Assembly (NCBI GenBank): GCA_963722255.1
Contig: CAVRJO010000001.1
Span: 841,775-905,774 of the forward strand
Direction of reading: 5' to 3'
Length of the DNA stretch: 64,000 bases
Source of the DNA: Candidatus Babeliales bacterium
GTDB taxonomy: Bacteria; Babelota; Babeliae; Babelales; JANWKD01
Of the stretch, positions 1 to 10,201 are shown piece by piece. Made by a program: the position numbers and the translations under genes. The notes beneath the pieces are model-generated. The model saw only the letters and a program-made list of their open reading frames with translations, was not told the DNA's origin and did no database searches. Each line of letters begins with the position of its first letter. The stretch's first letter is position 1.

Positions 1-195
1 TTAATCAAAACTATAAACGCTTCATGTTTAATTTGGTATTAAACTCCATATCTGCCTTCTGTGATAGTTTGGTTTTAAGGTAATATGAGTTGAGGCACTG
101 CTTTTTGAGAGTAATAGCTCATTAATTACATAAATTATGTGCTACAATTCCTTCTTAGCTTATTTAGGTTTTTGAGCTATTATCTCTCTTCTTTA

Positions 196-1083
196 TCAAA
201 CATCCAAGAGAAGTTTTGTTTCTGCAGATACGAGATTTTTTAAAACAGCCATGTTTTTTAAATCGTCACTGAGATCTGTTGCCGATTTAGGCGTCTCAAG
301 TATTTTAGGTATATCAAGAAATTTCTCGTCGTTCATAAGCAAGCGGAAAGCTTCAAGACCCATTGCGCCTTGACCTATATGTGCATGGCGATCTACTCGA
401 GAGCCAAGCGCCTTAGCTGAATCGTTGCAATGAAAAGCTTTTAAACGTTGCAGTCCAATGAGATCATCAAAATGATGCCACAGAGCAGTGTACTGTTGTT
501 GGGTGCTAAAAGCATATCCTGCAGCAAATCCATGACATGTATCAAAACAAACCCCTATTCTTTCTTGTGGCGTGACGTTATTGGCTATTGCGGCTAATTG
601 CTCAAAGGTCGATCCTAAGCTTGAACCTTGCCCTGCTGTATTTTCTAAAAGAATCATGGTGTTGCCTGTATCCAGTTTAAGAACCTCAGTTAGGGCTTGT
701 CCGGCATTATCCAAACCTTCTTCAAGAGATGTGTGTGTAAAAGCGCCTGGATGAAGAACAAGGAATGGTATGCCGAGCATGTGACATCGAGTAAGTTCTT
801 CTTTAAGCGCAAGAATCGATTTGCGTCTTAATTCTTCATCAGATGTGCCTATATTAATAAGATAACTTGCATGCGAAATTATGAGCTGGCACGATGAGTG
901 GTTTAGGGTATTTTTAAACAATTGGGCTTGTTCAGGAGTGATTGGCTTTGAGGCCCATTGTCGACTACTTTTTGTGAAGATTTGAAGAGCTGTGCAACCG
1001 ATTTCTTCGCCTTTAATGATGGCTTGTTCAAATCCGCCGGAAATTGATAAATGAGCCCCAAGTAAGAGTTTCTTTTTTGTCAT
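196..1083 (-). CDS. nfo: Endonuclease IV (AP endonuclease 2)
   Basis: GAHLSISGG, HASYLIN, VLHPG, LLENTAGQG, CFDTCH, HCNDS, DRHAHIG and ILETP metal-binding motifs. Confidence 0.96.
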   Translation of the reverse strand: MTKKKLLLGAHLSISGGFEQAIIKGEEIGCTALQIFTKSSRQWASKPITPEQAQLFKNTLNHSSCQLIISHASYLINIGTSDEELRRKSILALKEELTRCHMLGIPFLVLHPGAFTHTSLEEGLDNAGQALTEVLKLDTGNTMILLENTAGQGSSLGSTFEQLAAIANNVTPQERIGVCFDTCHGFAAGYAFSTQQQYTALWHHFDDLIGLQRLKAFHCNDSAKALGSRVDRHAHIGQGAMGLEAFRLLMNDEKFLDIPKILETPKSATDLSDDLKNMAVLKNLVSAETKLLLDV

Positions 1084-1190
1084 GAATTGTTCTTCTGGCT
1101 ATAATGATTAAATATCAGACTATCGATTACAATTGATACAATATTAGTAATATTTATGCTGTTTCTCAGTATAAGGCAAATAAGCTTTAT

Positions 1191-1218
1191 TTGACAAATT
1201 AATAAAAAGAGTTATTTT
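1191..1218 (+). promoter_or_regulatory. Putative sigma70 promoter of the outer-membrane protein gene
   Basis: Perfect TTGACA at 1191-1196; weak -10 (TATTTT) at about 1213-1218. Confidence 0.3.
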
Positions 1219-1341
1219 TTGCATTATCGTTAGTTCATTAAATTCTGTCATTTTTCACAAATAAAAATAGAATTTTGAATGCGCAATGATGTGCACAATA
1301 ATGTCATTCTTAAACATTTTTTCTCAAATAGGTAGGTCCTC

Positions 1342-3561
1342 ATGAAACGTAAATGGTTTGGTCGGTTTGTAGTAAGCTTATATTTAATCAGTAATGTAGG
1401 GATCTATGCGTATGAAGATGAGAAAAATGATATCCACCTTGATGATGATATTCTACTTAATGCATCCCAGCCACTGACCAAAATTGGACGTCCTTATGAT
1501 GTTTTTAATAATGATAATGCGGAATTTGATTTAGCAAACCAAGAGGCTCCGATTAATAATACGGTTGCTGAATCTTATGCTGCAATTGAAACAACTGATG
1601 AGGGTGTAGATTTTTCTTTGCAAGATGCTAATGGTAAAAAAAATTTTACACAAGAGGCCATGAGTTTTGGATGGAAAAACCTAACCGGTAAGTTCCAAAT
1701 TAAATTTAAGCCGGAGACCTTTTTTGCCCGCAATGCTAATTTGTTGAATAATGCAAATCGAGAGGATTTTGTTCAGTTCAGTAGAAGTACGCTTGATGTT
1801 AACTTTGCTCTTGATTATGGCAAAGATTGCTATGGGTATAATGTAGTAGACTTCTTTATGACAATGCGTAACAAGTCAATTTGGGGAAATCCTGAAAGTA
1901 TTGTGCGCTCAACGGTTACAAAAATTAAAACATTAGAGAGTCTAGATTCGGGCCATGCCCATTTCATTACTCGTCAGCTGCTATGGATTCGTGAATTATG
2001 GTTTAATTTTAGCGTTAACGATGCCTTAAATCTGCCTTTTAAATCAAAAATATTTTTCATGTTAGGGGCATTTCCTTTTGAGCTTGGCCGTGGTATTGCG
2101 CTTGGTTCAGCATATGCGGTTAACCCGGGAGTTCTAGGATTTTTCTCTGATAATACTATTGATCAGTATGCATTTGGGTATAAATTGAACTCTGAATTTG
2201 TGCCAAATAAGTTGAGTCTAGATTTGTATGGTGCAATTTTACAAAATAAGGGCGATAGCTTTAATGCAACGGGTGAAAAGATATATGGTCAAAAATTTCG
2301 TCACTTATTACATCCTGCTCGTGGGCCTGGTCATGTAGATTTTGTAATTGCAACTCGTTTAAAATGGTTCCCCAAAAAAACGGAATGCACTGTTATCTCG
2401 TTTGAACCCTACCTTTTATATAATAATAATCCGGAACAAAGTATTGAATTTTTAGCTGATGCGGCATCACGTTTGGGAACAGCCGGTTTGTCAGGAGAAT
2501 TTGTATATAAGAATTTTGAATGTGGCTTTGATGGTGCAAAAAACTTTGGTGAGCAGCTTGTTTGGGGTTGGGATCGCAATGTTATCGATCGTGAAAACAG
2601 AACAGGGGTATTTACCTTAGTAAACAGTCAGGTTGTTACCGCTGATCCTTCGGTAAATCCAAAAGCGCCAAAAGTTGTATTTTCGCCAAATGATGCTAAT
2701 GGAAAAAACATTCAAACCATTATTGATACTTCGGCACAAGATGCTTCTCAAAATGGTAAATTAATCGGCAATGCTATTGATCCGCAAACAGGATTGCCTA
2801 TTCAGTTATTTAATAGTCTTAATAGATTTAGAAATCAGTATCGCAACAAACTCTTAGGATGGATGTTTGTAGCTGATGCAGGCTATTGGTTTTGTGACAG
2901 AACGTTCCGTATTGCCGGTGGTGGCGGAGTTGCTTCTGGAGATGAAGATCCAAATAAAGATATTCATAATCCAAATGATAGTAATGTTGATGGGGATTTC
3001 AAAGGCTTTATTGGCTTGCAGGAAATTTACACAGGTAATGATAGGTTGCAAAGTGTGTTTTTATTAGGTGGTGCCGGAAGAATTCCTCGTCCATTAACGA
3101 CGCCATCGCAAGCATCCAACGTTTTAGTTACGTTACCAACGGTTGTTTCAGGCTTTACCAATATAGTATTTACCGGTGGTTCATTATTGTGGACGCCGAA
3201 ATTTGAAAGTAAACCATTTAAGCTTCGCCCAAACATTTTGTTCTATTGGCAGCAACATGCGACCAAAAAATTTGATATTGCAACAAAAATGAGCTCAATG
3301 GAGTTTGCACGTAACTTCTTAGGCACAGAGCTTAATACCTTCTTTGATATAAACTTGTTGCGTGAGCTTAAACTTTTTGTTGTTGGTTCTGTCTTTATTC
3401 CCGGCGGCCATTTTACCGATATTAAAGGCACACCGCTTAATAGAGATCAGCAAAAGCTACTTGACCTATTGGATCCAACGGGCGTTGATATTGACCCAAT
3501 TCCATTGCTTGGTAATGATACAGCGTATACACTTAATATTGGATTAGAGTATAGATTTTAA
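1342..3561 (+). CDS. Putative outer-membrane beta-barrel protein
   Basis: Signal peptide; alternating aromatic beta-strands; C-terminal YTLNIGLEYRF fits the BamA beta-signal with terminal Phe. Confidence 0.7.
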   Translation: MKRKWFGRFVVSLYLISNVGIYAYEDEKNDIHLDDDILLNASQPLTKIGRPYDVFNNDNAEFDLANQEAPINNTVAESYAAIETTDEGVDFSLQDANGKKNFTQEAMSFGWKNLTGKFQIKFKPETFFARNANLLNNANREDFVQFSRSTLDVNFALDYGKDCYGYNVVDFFMTMRNKSIWGNPESIVRSTVTKIKTLESLDSGHAHFITRQLLWIRELWFNFSVNDALNLPFKSKIFFMLGAFPFELGRGIALGSAYAVNPGVLGFFSDNTIDQYAFGYKLNSEFVPNKLSLDLYGAILQNKGDSFNATGEKIYGQKFRHLLHPARGPGHVDFVIATRLKWFPKKTECTVISFEPYLLYNNNPEQSIEFLADAASRLGTAGLSGEFVYKNFECGFDGAKNFGEQLVWGWDRNVIDRENRTGVFTLVNSQVVTADPSVNPKAPKVVFSPNDANGKNIQTIIDTSAQDASQNGKLIGNAIDPQTGLPIQLFNSLNRFRNQYRNKLLGWMFVADAGYWFCDRTFRIAGGGGVASGDEDPNKDIHNPNDSNVDGDFKGFIGLQEIYTGNDRLQSVFLLGGAGRIPRPLTTPSQASNVLVTLPTVVSGFTNIVFTGGSLLWTPKFESKPFKLRPNILFYWQQHATKKFDIATKMSSMEFARNFLGTELNTFFDINLLRELKLFVVGSVFIPGGHFTDIKGTPLNRDQQKLLDLLDPTGVDIDPIPLLGNDTAYTLNIGLEYRF

Positions 3562-3586
3562 CAGCTTGAATATAAAGGAATTACCC

Positions 3587-3685
3587 ATGTTATTTGTTAT
3601 TGTTTTTTTATTGCAGATGTGTTTGAGTTCATATACAGATTACCGGGAGCTATTTTATTTGGGTTTGAGTTTTGCTAAGAAATAG
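3587..3685 (+). CDS. Possible 32-aa hydrophobic small protein
   Basis: AAAGGA RBS 7 nt before ATG; MLFVIVFLLQMCLSSYTDYRELFYLGLSFAKK; below the ORF-track cutoff. Confidence 0.3.
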   Translation: MLFVIVFLLQMCLSSYTDYRELFYLGLSFAKK

Positions 3686-3699
3686 TTTATAGCAAACTC
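3667..3699 (+). terminator. Hairpin downstream of the OMP gene
   Basis: GAGTTTTGCTA...TAGCAAACTC, followed shortly by a T-run. Confidence 0.45.
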
Positions 3700-3769
3700 C
3701 GTATTTTTTTATGTAATATAAGTCATAATGATAATGGTATAGTGTATAAAAAAATACAAGGAGTTTTTA

Positions 3770-3985
3770 ATGAATAAAATTATTTATAGTTTAGGCTTAT
3801 TGTTCTGTGTGTCAGCGCTTGAGTCTATGCAGCAAGATAAACCGATAAAAGTCTCAAATAATCCAAAAGATAATTCGGTAGTGCTTAATAAAGAAGGACA
3901 ATCGCAGAGAAAAATTAACACAGAATGTGTATGTTGTGGCAAGGACGTAGATCATGTGATGAAGCTCTATCAAGAAAATCGGTAG
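3770..3985 (+). CDS. Small secreted orphan protein
   Basis: AAGGAG RBS; signal peptide ending SALES-MQQ; CVCC near the C-terminus. Confidence 0.65.
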   Translation: MNKIIYSLGLLFCVSALESMQQDKPIKVSNNPKDNSVVLNKEGQSQRKINTECVCCGKDVDHVMKLYQENR

Positions 3986-3991
3986 TTTTGG

Positions 3992-4030
3992 AAGGGCGAT
4001 TAAATTACTACAAAGAAATCGCCCCTTTTA
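3992..4030. terminator. Bidirectional intrinsic terminator
   Basis: AAGGGCGATT...AATCGCCCCTTTT between convergent genes. Confidence 0.65.
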
Positions 4031-4044
4031 ATTTTTTAAGCCTC

Positions 4045-4578
4045 TTACTTGTTAAGCTTTATGAATTCTGAAGCCGCGGGCTCGTCACCTAGTTTTTTGA
4101 TAATATTTGCCACAAAGTTTACGAATTCTTGTTTTGTTTTAAAGCCTGCTGCAGAACGTAACGTGCCTCGAATATTGACTGGAATAAAACCAATTCCTTC
4201 AATATTGAATACAGATTCTTGGTTGCTGGTAAGAAAAATAACAAAATTTTTAAATATAAGATTTTTAGGGGACTGGTTAAGGCGTTTTATTATTTGTTCA
4301 GTTGTATTTTTATCGAAAGGGTAGAGAGGTCTATTAAAAATGTCATTTAAATATCCAGCTAAATCAACTAGTTTGCTACTAATGTTCTTTTCTATCTGAT
4401 ATTTGCCTTCATAAACATATGTTCCTACCTTCATATTTTTAATGTCATTAATGATCACCCCAATTTTAATTAATCTGTTTACAACAAGATTTTCAGGCGT
4501 TTCTTTTTGTCCTGCATTCACTGATGTTATAAGAAGCCCGCTTAGTATAAGGCGCATTAATTTTATAGAATTTTTCAT
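4045..4578 (-). CDS. Secreted hypothetical protein
   Basis: GGAG RBS before ATG at 4578; signal peptide ending SVNA. Confidence 0.65.
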   Translation of the reverse strand: MKNSIKLMRLILSGLLITSVNAGQKETPENLVVNRLIKIGVIINDIKNMKVGTYVYEGKYQIEKNISSKLVDLAGYLNDIFNRPLYPFDKNTTEQIIKRLNQSPKNLIFKNFVIFLTSNQESVFNIEGIGFIPVNIRGTLRSAAGFKTKQEFVNFVANIIKKLGDEPAASEFIKLNK

Positions 4579-4761
4579 GTTAAAATCTCCTGTTTTATCG
4601 ATTAAAATTAGTTTTTTTAAAAGTATATCTATATTTGAGTATAATAAATTATTATTCAAATATTCAATAATACAAACAATAACTCATTATAACTCTGGAA
4701 TTATCAAACTTAAAGATGGTACAATTTTTTGACTGGTTTAAAAGCACAAGGGAACTCTTTT

Positions 4762-5121
4762 ATGAATAAAATACAAGTAATGCTCTTATTAATGATGGTG
4801 TCTTTATCAAAATGTATGGAAAATGAATTTCGGGAAGGTAGTAGTTCTTCATCAAGCACAGAACGCACTCAAGAAGGTTATTTAAGTGAAATTTTGGGTA
4901 GCGACTTGGATACGTTGTCTTCTGATTCTCCGTTAACATCACCACGTGAATGTGATGAAAATCCGGTTGAAAAAACCGCTTTGTTTCCAAAAAAGATAAC
5001 CGATAAAAGCTCGCTTTCTGATCAAGATACCTCATGTATTTGTTGGTTATGTTGTTGCTTATTTTGTGCGACAAGAAAGAATGAGGGGGCGCAAGCGGTC
5101 TACAAGGCCATTGAGAAGTAA
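4762..5121 (+). CDS. Secreted Ser-rich protein with a C-terminal cysteine string
   Basis: Signal peptide then MEN; SSSSSS; SCICWLCCCLFC. Confidence 0.7.
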   Translation: MNKIQVMLLLMMVSLSKCMENEFREGSSSSSSTERTQEGYLSEILGSDLDTLSSDSPLTSPRECDENPVEKTALFPKKITDKSSLSDQDTSCICWLCCCLFCATRKNEGAQAVYKAIEK

Positions 5122-5211
5122 GTTTTATGAGCACCACGTTTTAACTCTTTAAAAAGATGCTATACTAAGTAAGTAAAAAATAATTAATTGTGCTTAGTGT
5201 AGAGAGCAACC

Positions 5212-6981
5212 ATGCAAAAATTTTATAAACGCACGACCGGGTGCGGTTTACTTGATGAGACATTTTTAGGTAAGACTGTTGATATTTCAGGATGGGTCAA
5301 TTCTCGTCGTGACCATGGAGGCCTTATTTTTGTCGATCTTCGAGATCGGAGTGGTTTTATGCAGTTGGTTTTCAATCCTGCATTTTCTGCTGAAGCGCAT
5401 ACACTTGCTCATTCATTACGTTCTGAATTTGTTATATCAGTTACGGGAAAAGTGGTTGAACGTTCTCCAGAAACGATTAATACAGAAATGAAGACAGGTA
5501 ATTATGAGTTAGCGGTAACCGGACTTACTATCTTAAACAAATCAAAAACATTGCCATTTGCTCTTGATGCTGAAAATATTGATGAAGAATTGCGTCTTAA
5601 ATATCGTTATATTGATTTACGCAGACCAAGTATGCAAAATCATCTTTCATTGCGCCATTGGATTGTGTTTGCAATGCGGGCATTTTTGCATGAACAGACT
5701 TTTTACGAAATTGAAACACCCATATTAACAAAAAATACTCCTGAGGGGGCTCGAGAATTTTTAGTACCATCCAGAATAAATGAGGGTTGTTTTTATGCAT
5801 TACCGCAATCACCGCAACTTTATAAACAACTTTTAATGGCGAGCGGCTATGAACGTTATTTTCAGGTAGCCCGTTGTTTTAGAGATGAAGATTTGCGTGC
5901 TGATCGTCAGCCTGAATTTACTCAACTTGATATTGAAATGTCATTTGTCTATGAAGATGATATAATGCGCCTTATTGAAAATCTTTTTGCGTATATTTTG
6001 AAAAATCTTTTTGGTATGGAATTGGCACTTCCACTTCCTCGTATGACCTATGATGATGCTTTTGATGCCTACGGTTCAGATAAGCCCGATTTACGCTTTG
6101 ATTTAAAGATTCATACCTTTACAGAAATTTTCAAAGATACTGAACTTACCTTTTTGAGAAAGATTTTAGACAAAGGAGGCAAGATTGGTGGCTTATATGT
6201 CCATGGTAAAAATTTTACCCGCTCCGAGCTTGATGGACTTGTTGATTGGGCGCAAAAAACATGTAACAGTGGCCTAGTATGGATTCGTGTGGGAGAAAAT
6301 AATAGCTTAGAAGCTCCCGTTGCAAAATTTTTCCCTGCTGATTTTTTTGCTCGTTTGCAAACAGTTTGTCCAACGTTGCAAAAAGGCGATACGCTCTTTT
6401 TAATTGCCGGTGACTATGAAGATGCTTGGACGTATTTGGGTAGATTGCGTTTAGAATTGGCACGCATGCTGAATGTTATTCCTGAAGGGCAACTGCATTT
6501 TTCTTGGGTTACAGATTTTCCTTTGTTTGAATTTGAAAAAGATTCTAAGACATGGAACTCAAAACACCATCCATTTACTTCGCCTGCTGCTGGCTGGGAA
6601 CAACAAGAATCTGGTCAAATGAAAGCGCGCGCCTATGATATTATTTTAAATGGGGTAGAGCTTGGTGGCGGTTCAATTAGAATTTTTGATAAAGAAACAC
6701 AGCACAAAGTATTTAAATTATTGGGTCTTGATGAGCATGCTATGCAAGAAAAGTTTGGATTCTTGCTTGAAGCACAAGAATTTGGCTTTCCGCCTCATGG
6801 TGGAATTGCTTTAGGAATTGATCGTTTAATTATGTTACTTGCTAATGCACAATCGATTCGCGAAGTAATTGCATTTCCAAAAACTGCACGAGGTCATGAT
6901 CCTATGATGCAATCTCCTACTGGTGTTGATGATAAGCAGCTTCGTGATTATGGTCTTAAATTGCTTCATCCTAAAAAATAG
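5212..6981 (+). CDS. aspS: Aspartate--tRNA ligase
   Basis: RRDHGGLIFVDLRD, LPQSPQLYKQ, FRDEDLRADRQPEFTQLD, GGGSIRI, PPHGGIALGIDR. Confidence 0.98.
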   Translation: MQKFYKRTTGCGLLDETFLGKTVDISGWVNSRRDHGGLIFVDLRDRSGFMQLVFNPAFSAEAHTLAHSLRSEFVISVTGKVVERSPETINTEMKTGNYELAVTGLTILNKSKTLPFALDAENIDEELRLKYRYIDLRRPSMQNHLSLRHWIVFAMRAFLHEQTFYEIETPILTKNTPEGAREFLVPSRINEGCFYALPQSPQLYKQLLMASGYERYFQVARCFRDEDLRADRQPEFTQLDIEMSFVYEDDIMRLIENLFAYILKNLFGMELALPLPRMTYDDAFDAYGSDKPDLRFDLKIHTFTEIFKDTELTFLRKILDKGGKIGGLYVHGKNFTRSELDGLVDWAQKTCNSGLVWIRVGENNSLEAPVAKFFPADFFARLQTVCPTLQKGDTLFLIAGDYEDAWTYLGRLRLELARMLNVIPEGQLHFSWVTDFPLFEFEKDSKTWNSKHHPFTSPAAGWEQQESGQMKARAYDIILNGVELGGGSIRIFDKETQHKVFKLLGLDEHAMQEKFGFLLEAQEFGFPPHGGIALGIDRLIMLLANAQSIREVIAFPKTARGHDPMMQSPTGVDDKQLRDYGLKLLHPKK

Positions 6982-6990
6982 TTTAATAAG

Positions 6991-7023
6991 AAAGAGACTT
7001 GTACTTTTTATACAGGTCTCTTT
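6991..7023. terminator. Bidirectional intrinsic terminator
   Basis: AAAGAGACTTGTA...TACAGGTCTCTTT between convergent genes. Confidence 0.7.
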
Positions 7024-7034
7024 AAAAAAGATTA

Positions 7035-7529
7035 TTATAAATTAGCCTTTTTACTTTGCTTGTTTTTGCTTGCTTTTATTTCGATAAATAGTTTGTAGTT
7101 AGGATTAGGCATTGTATCTTCCCATTTATGAAGTGAAGTTTTTTTTGCCAATGATGGATACATCGTATTGAGTATTTCTATTGCTTGCTTTGCATCATTA
7201 ATATTTTGAAAATAGAGTTTGCTTTTTTTAATAGTATCAAAAGAAAGCCCATGTTTGCCTAATTTCCTTATGAGCTCTTTTGCAATTTCATGAGTTTGTG
7301 TATCGGCAGTTTTAGTTAGAACGGGGAATTGTATAATTTCTATTGGTTTTTGTGTTTCAAAGAGTAGTTCATTTTTTACTCTAAAAAGCTCTTCTGCTTT
7401 TTCATATAGTTTTTCTGCAGTATTGATTATCGTATCTTCTATTTTTTTATACATGCCAAAGTTATTGCAATAAACAAAAAATATTAGGATCAATAAGATA
7501 TAGTTGTTAATTATTTTCATGAGTTTCAC
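7035..7529 (-). CDS. Secreted hypothetical protein
   Basis: Signal peptide ending NNFG-MYK; Lys-rich. Confidence 0.6.
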   Translation of the reverse strand: MKLMKIINNYILLILIFFVYCNNFGMYKKIEDTIINTAEKLYEKAEELFRVKNELLFETQKPIEIIQFPVLTKTADTQTHEIAKELIRKLGKHGLSFDTIKKSKLYFQNINDAKQAIEILNTMYPSLAKKTSLHKWEDTMPNPNYKLFIEIKASKNKQSKKANL

Positions 7530-7685
7530 CTTGTGGTACTAAATTAAATTTGATTATACTTTCTTTAATTATACCAAATTTATATATAATTATAAATAGT
7601 ATTATTTTTTTAAGAGCTAAAAAAGCTCTTAGTATGTAGACAAGTGTAATTGAATGCAAAATTTTAAGGATGAATGCTGAAAAAA

Positions 7686-8099
7686 TTAACTGAAGTTAAC
7701 AGATTCTGTCAATTTTTTTAATACAGCATAGTGATTATCTATTTTTGCACATAATTCCTGTGCATTTTCTTCATTGTAAACATGTGTTGTAGCATTACGA
7801 ATTTCAACGATCTCTAAAAGTTGTTCTAATTCTTGTTCATTAATTATCTTATTGTTCATACAAGCTTTAAAAACTGTCTTTGATCCTGTGGTCTCTGATC
7901 CATATTTGTCAAAGAGATATGCTTTATAAAATTTCCATAACATTTCAAAATAAAGTTCAAAATGTTTAATAACAGATGCAGTATATGCTTCTAATTCTGC
8001 TTGTGAGGTACCCGGATGTTTTTTATAGAGCTCTAAAGCTCGCTCAAAAGCCTTTTGTGATTTTATAAGTGCTTTATATTTATATTCTACTTTTTCCAT
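7686..8099 (-). CDS. HEPN-domain toxin (HI0074-like nucleotidyltransferase substrate-binding family)
   Basis: IKHFELYFEMLWK and RNATTHVY (RX4HXY); overlaps the upstream MNT gene. Confidence 0.85.
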   Translation of the reverse strand: MEKVEYKYKALIKSQKAFERALELYKKHPGTSQAELEAYTASVIKHFELYFEMLWKFYKAYLFDKYGSETTGSKTVFKACMNNKIINEQELEQLLEIVEIRNATTHVYNEENAQELCAKIDNHYAVLKKLTESVNFS

Positions 8100-8380
8100 A
8101 CTATTCCATCTTTAACTATATTTTGTTGTAACTCACTGGGTATTGCGTGAAAATCAACAACGTCAGTATTCTGAATAAGATTGAGGCATTCAATCATATT
8201 TCTAATTTTTTGGAGCTCAACGATATCTATTTTATGATCATTATCGATAGCTATATCAATATCTGACCCTAATTTATTTTCCCCGCGCGCATATGAGCCA
8301 AAAAGATATATTTTAGCATTAGGAAAAAACATACTAATTATAGCAATGATTCTGTTTTTTTGTTGTATAGAATTGTTCAC
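8087..8380 (-). CDS. Minimal nucleotidyltransferase antitoxin (MntA-like)
   Basis: IYLFGSYARG...SDIDIAID, DVVD; 97 aa. Confidence 0.88.
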   Translation of the reverse strand: MNNSIQQKNRIIAIISMFFPNAKIYLFGSYARGENKLGSDIDIAIDNDHKIDIVELQKIRNMIECLNLIQNTDVVDFHAIPSELQQNIVKDGIVWKK

Positions 8381-8468
8381 AATGTTCCTTATACTATTTT
8401 AAAGTCTTTTCATTATAGAATAAAAACAACACATAAAACAATTTTTATGTATGGTAATACAGCTAATC

Positions 8469-8768
8469 TTAGTGTTTCTTACTTTTTTTACGGCGTACAA
8501 AAATAGATAATGAGCCAAAAAGGATAGCAATGAATGCATAAAATAAGATTAGTGTTTTAGGTGCTATACCATACGATTTTAAAATATAGTGTAACAAACT
8601 AAATGCAATAAAAGTACCTAGGATAATTAAAGTTAATCTTGGGGTAATTATTTTTTTAAAATCCCATCCAAAGATACGTGATGCACAATATGCAAGAATT
8701 AGTCCAACTGCTGTCCCTAAAATAACGCCTATGATTGATGCAATTGTGTTTAATAAAAGTTGATTCAT
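8469..8768 (-). CDS. Small 3-TM membrane protein
   Basis: Three hydrophobic segments, basic tail; ATGA overlap with upstream gene. Confidence 0.7.
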   Translation of the reverse strand: MNQLLLNTIASIIGVILGTAVGLILAYCASRIFGWDFKKIITPRLTLIILGTFIAFSLLHYILKSYGIAPKTLILFYAFIAILFGSLSIFVRRKKSKKH

Positions 8769-9082
8769 TTATTGTTTCCTTTTTTATAATATTTTTTTGC
8801 TAAAATGACGAAAAAAATAATAATGGCTACTGTGTTTACAACTACAAAAACTGTTTGATAGCGCTGTAAGTTTTGTGCAAAACCAAATTTGCGCGCTATT
8901 ACTTGCAAAACATAGCTAAGCTCACAACCAAGAATAATTAAAAAAAATAAATTGAGTGGCTTTCTTATTTGAAACCCCCATATTTTTGAAGCACTATAAG
9001 CAACCGCATATATGATTGCTGCAAGAATGCATCCTGCTCCTGCCCAAACAAGTAATCCTAGCAAAAAATTGTAGATTTCCAT
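8765..9082 (-). CDS. Small 3-TM membrane protein, probable paralog of 8469-8768
   Basis: ASKIWGFQIRK vs ASRIFGWDFKK; same topology. Confidence 0.7.
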   Translation of the reverse strand: MEIYNFLLGLLVWAGAGCILAAIIYAVAYSASKIWGFQIRKPLNLFFLIILGCELSYVLQVIARKFGFAQNLQRYQTVFVVVNTVAIIIFFVILAKKYYKKGNNK

Positions 9083-9297
9083 TTTTATCCCTTTTTTTCT
9101 TATTTTTACATGCCATTTATTGTAAGCATATCTGATATTTTGGCTTCAATTCAATAATTTATCAATTTTGATATTTTATAGTAGATGAATTATGATTTTT
9201 TCGACTATTGCAAATAGAAACTGTATTTTGATACTCTATTAATTAGATAATTAAAAAAATAGTGCTTTAAAAACAGCCAATAATTGGGGAGGATATT

Positions 9298-9750
9298 GTG
9301 AAGAAAATAGTAGTTATAACTTTTTTAGCAGCAAGTTTGCTTTTACAAAAAAACAATTTTGCGCAAGAAAATCATAAACTTTTGATTGAAAATAAAACTG
9401 ATCAAGAATTATATATCGATGTAGAAAGTTCTTTTAAATGTGTTTCAACATCCCCGAGAACTAACTGCGGCTTTCTCGCAGGAAAAAAAACAATGCTTGA
9501 TTTTTCTCTAGAACCAAAAACAACTAAAGATATACAGGCTGAGATAATAAAAGAACTTAATATAAATCCTCAGAAAATGAAAATAGTGATCGAGTCTATC
9601 GCAATAAGAGGTATTGTTGATAAATTTGATAAAATAAAGATTTATGGAAGTAATAAATTGGTAAGTCCACAAAAAACTCACTACGCTGTAACCATTAGAA
9701 ATAATAAAGAGTATCATGTAGATCAGTTGATAATTGAAGAAGTGAAATAG
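9298..9750 (+). CDS. Secreted beta-rich protein
   Basis: GGAGG RBS, GTG start, signal peptide, IENKT motif. Confidence 0.7.
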   Translation: MKKIVVITFLAASLLLQKNNFAQENHKLLIENKTDQELYIDVESSFKCVSTSPRTNCGFLAGKKTMLDFSLEPKTTKDIQAEIIKELNINPQKMKIVIESIAIRGIVDKFDKIKIYGSNKLVSPQKTHYAVTIRNNKEYHVDQLIIEEVK

Positions 9751-9802
9751 GTAATTAAAAAGATATATGTAATTATAAATGAATTTAATTAAGGAGAATG
9801 AC

Positions 9803-10165
9803 ATGAAGAAGGTTTTTATACTGATCTTGAGTATAATTATAGTGGTTTCATCTCAAATAGAAGCTCAAGTAAAAGGTCATATTTTAAACAAAACGCCTTA
9901 TGATATTTTTCTTATATTGCCATATTCTTCTTATACCAATACTTGGGTTGTTAAAACAGGTTCTAGTAAAGACTTTTATAATGGTGACAACTCAGTTACG
10001 ATTTCTTTTCCACCTTATGTCGATACAAGTGGGTTTGCCAAAGCTCCAGCAGTGAATAATTTGGAAAGCGGGAATTATGTGGTTACATTTGATAAAAATA
10101 CACAGAAGTTTGCTATAACAAAATTACCTATATCAAAAAGCGCAGCTCTTCAGGGTAAAAAATAA
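9803..10165 (+). CDS. Secreted beta-rich protein
   Basis: AAGGAG RBS before ATG at 9803; signal peptide; ILNKTPY motif. Confidence 0.7.
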   Translation: MKKVFILILSIIIVVSSQIEAQVKGHILNKTPYDIFLILPYSSYTNTWVVKTGSSKDFYNGDNSVTISFPPYVDTSGFAKAPAVNNLESGNYVVTFDKNTQKFAITKLPISKSAALQGKK

Positions 10166-10201
10166 TGAACGAAATTAAAATTAAATAAAGGGAGAATAAA
10201 A

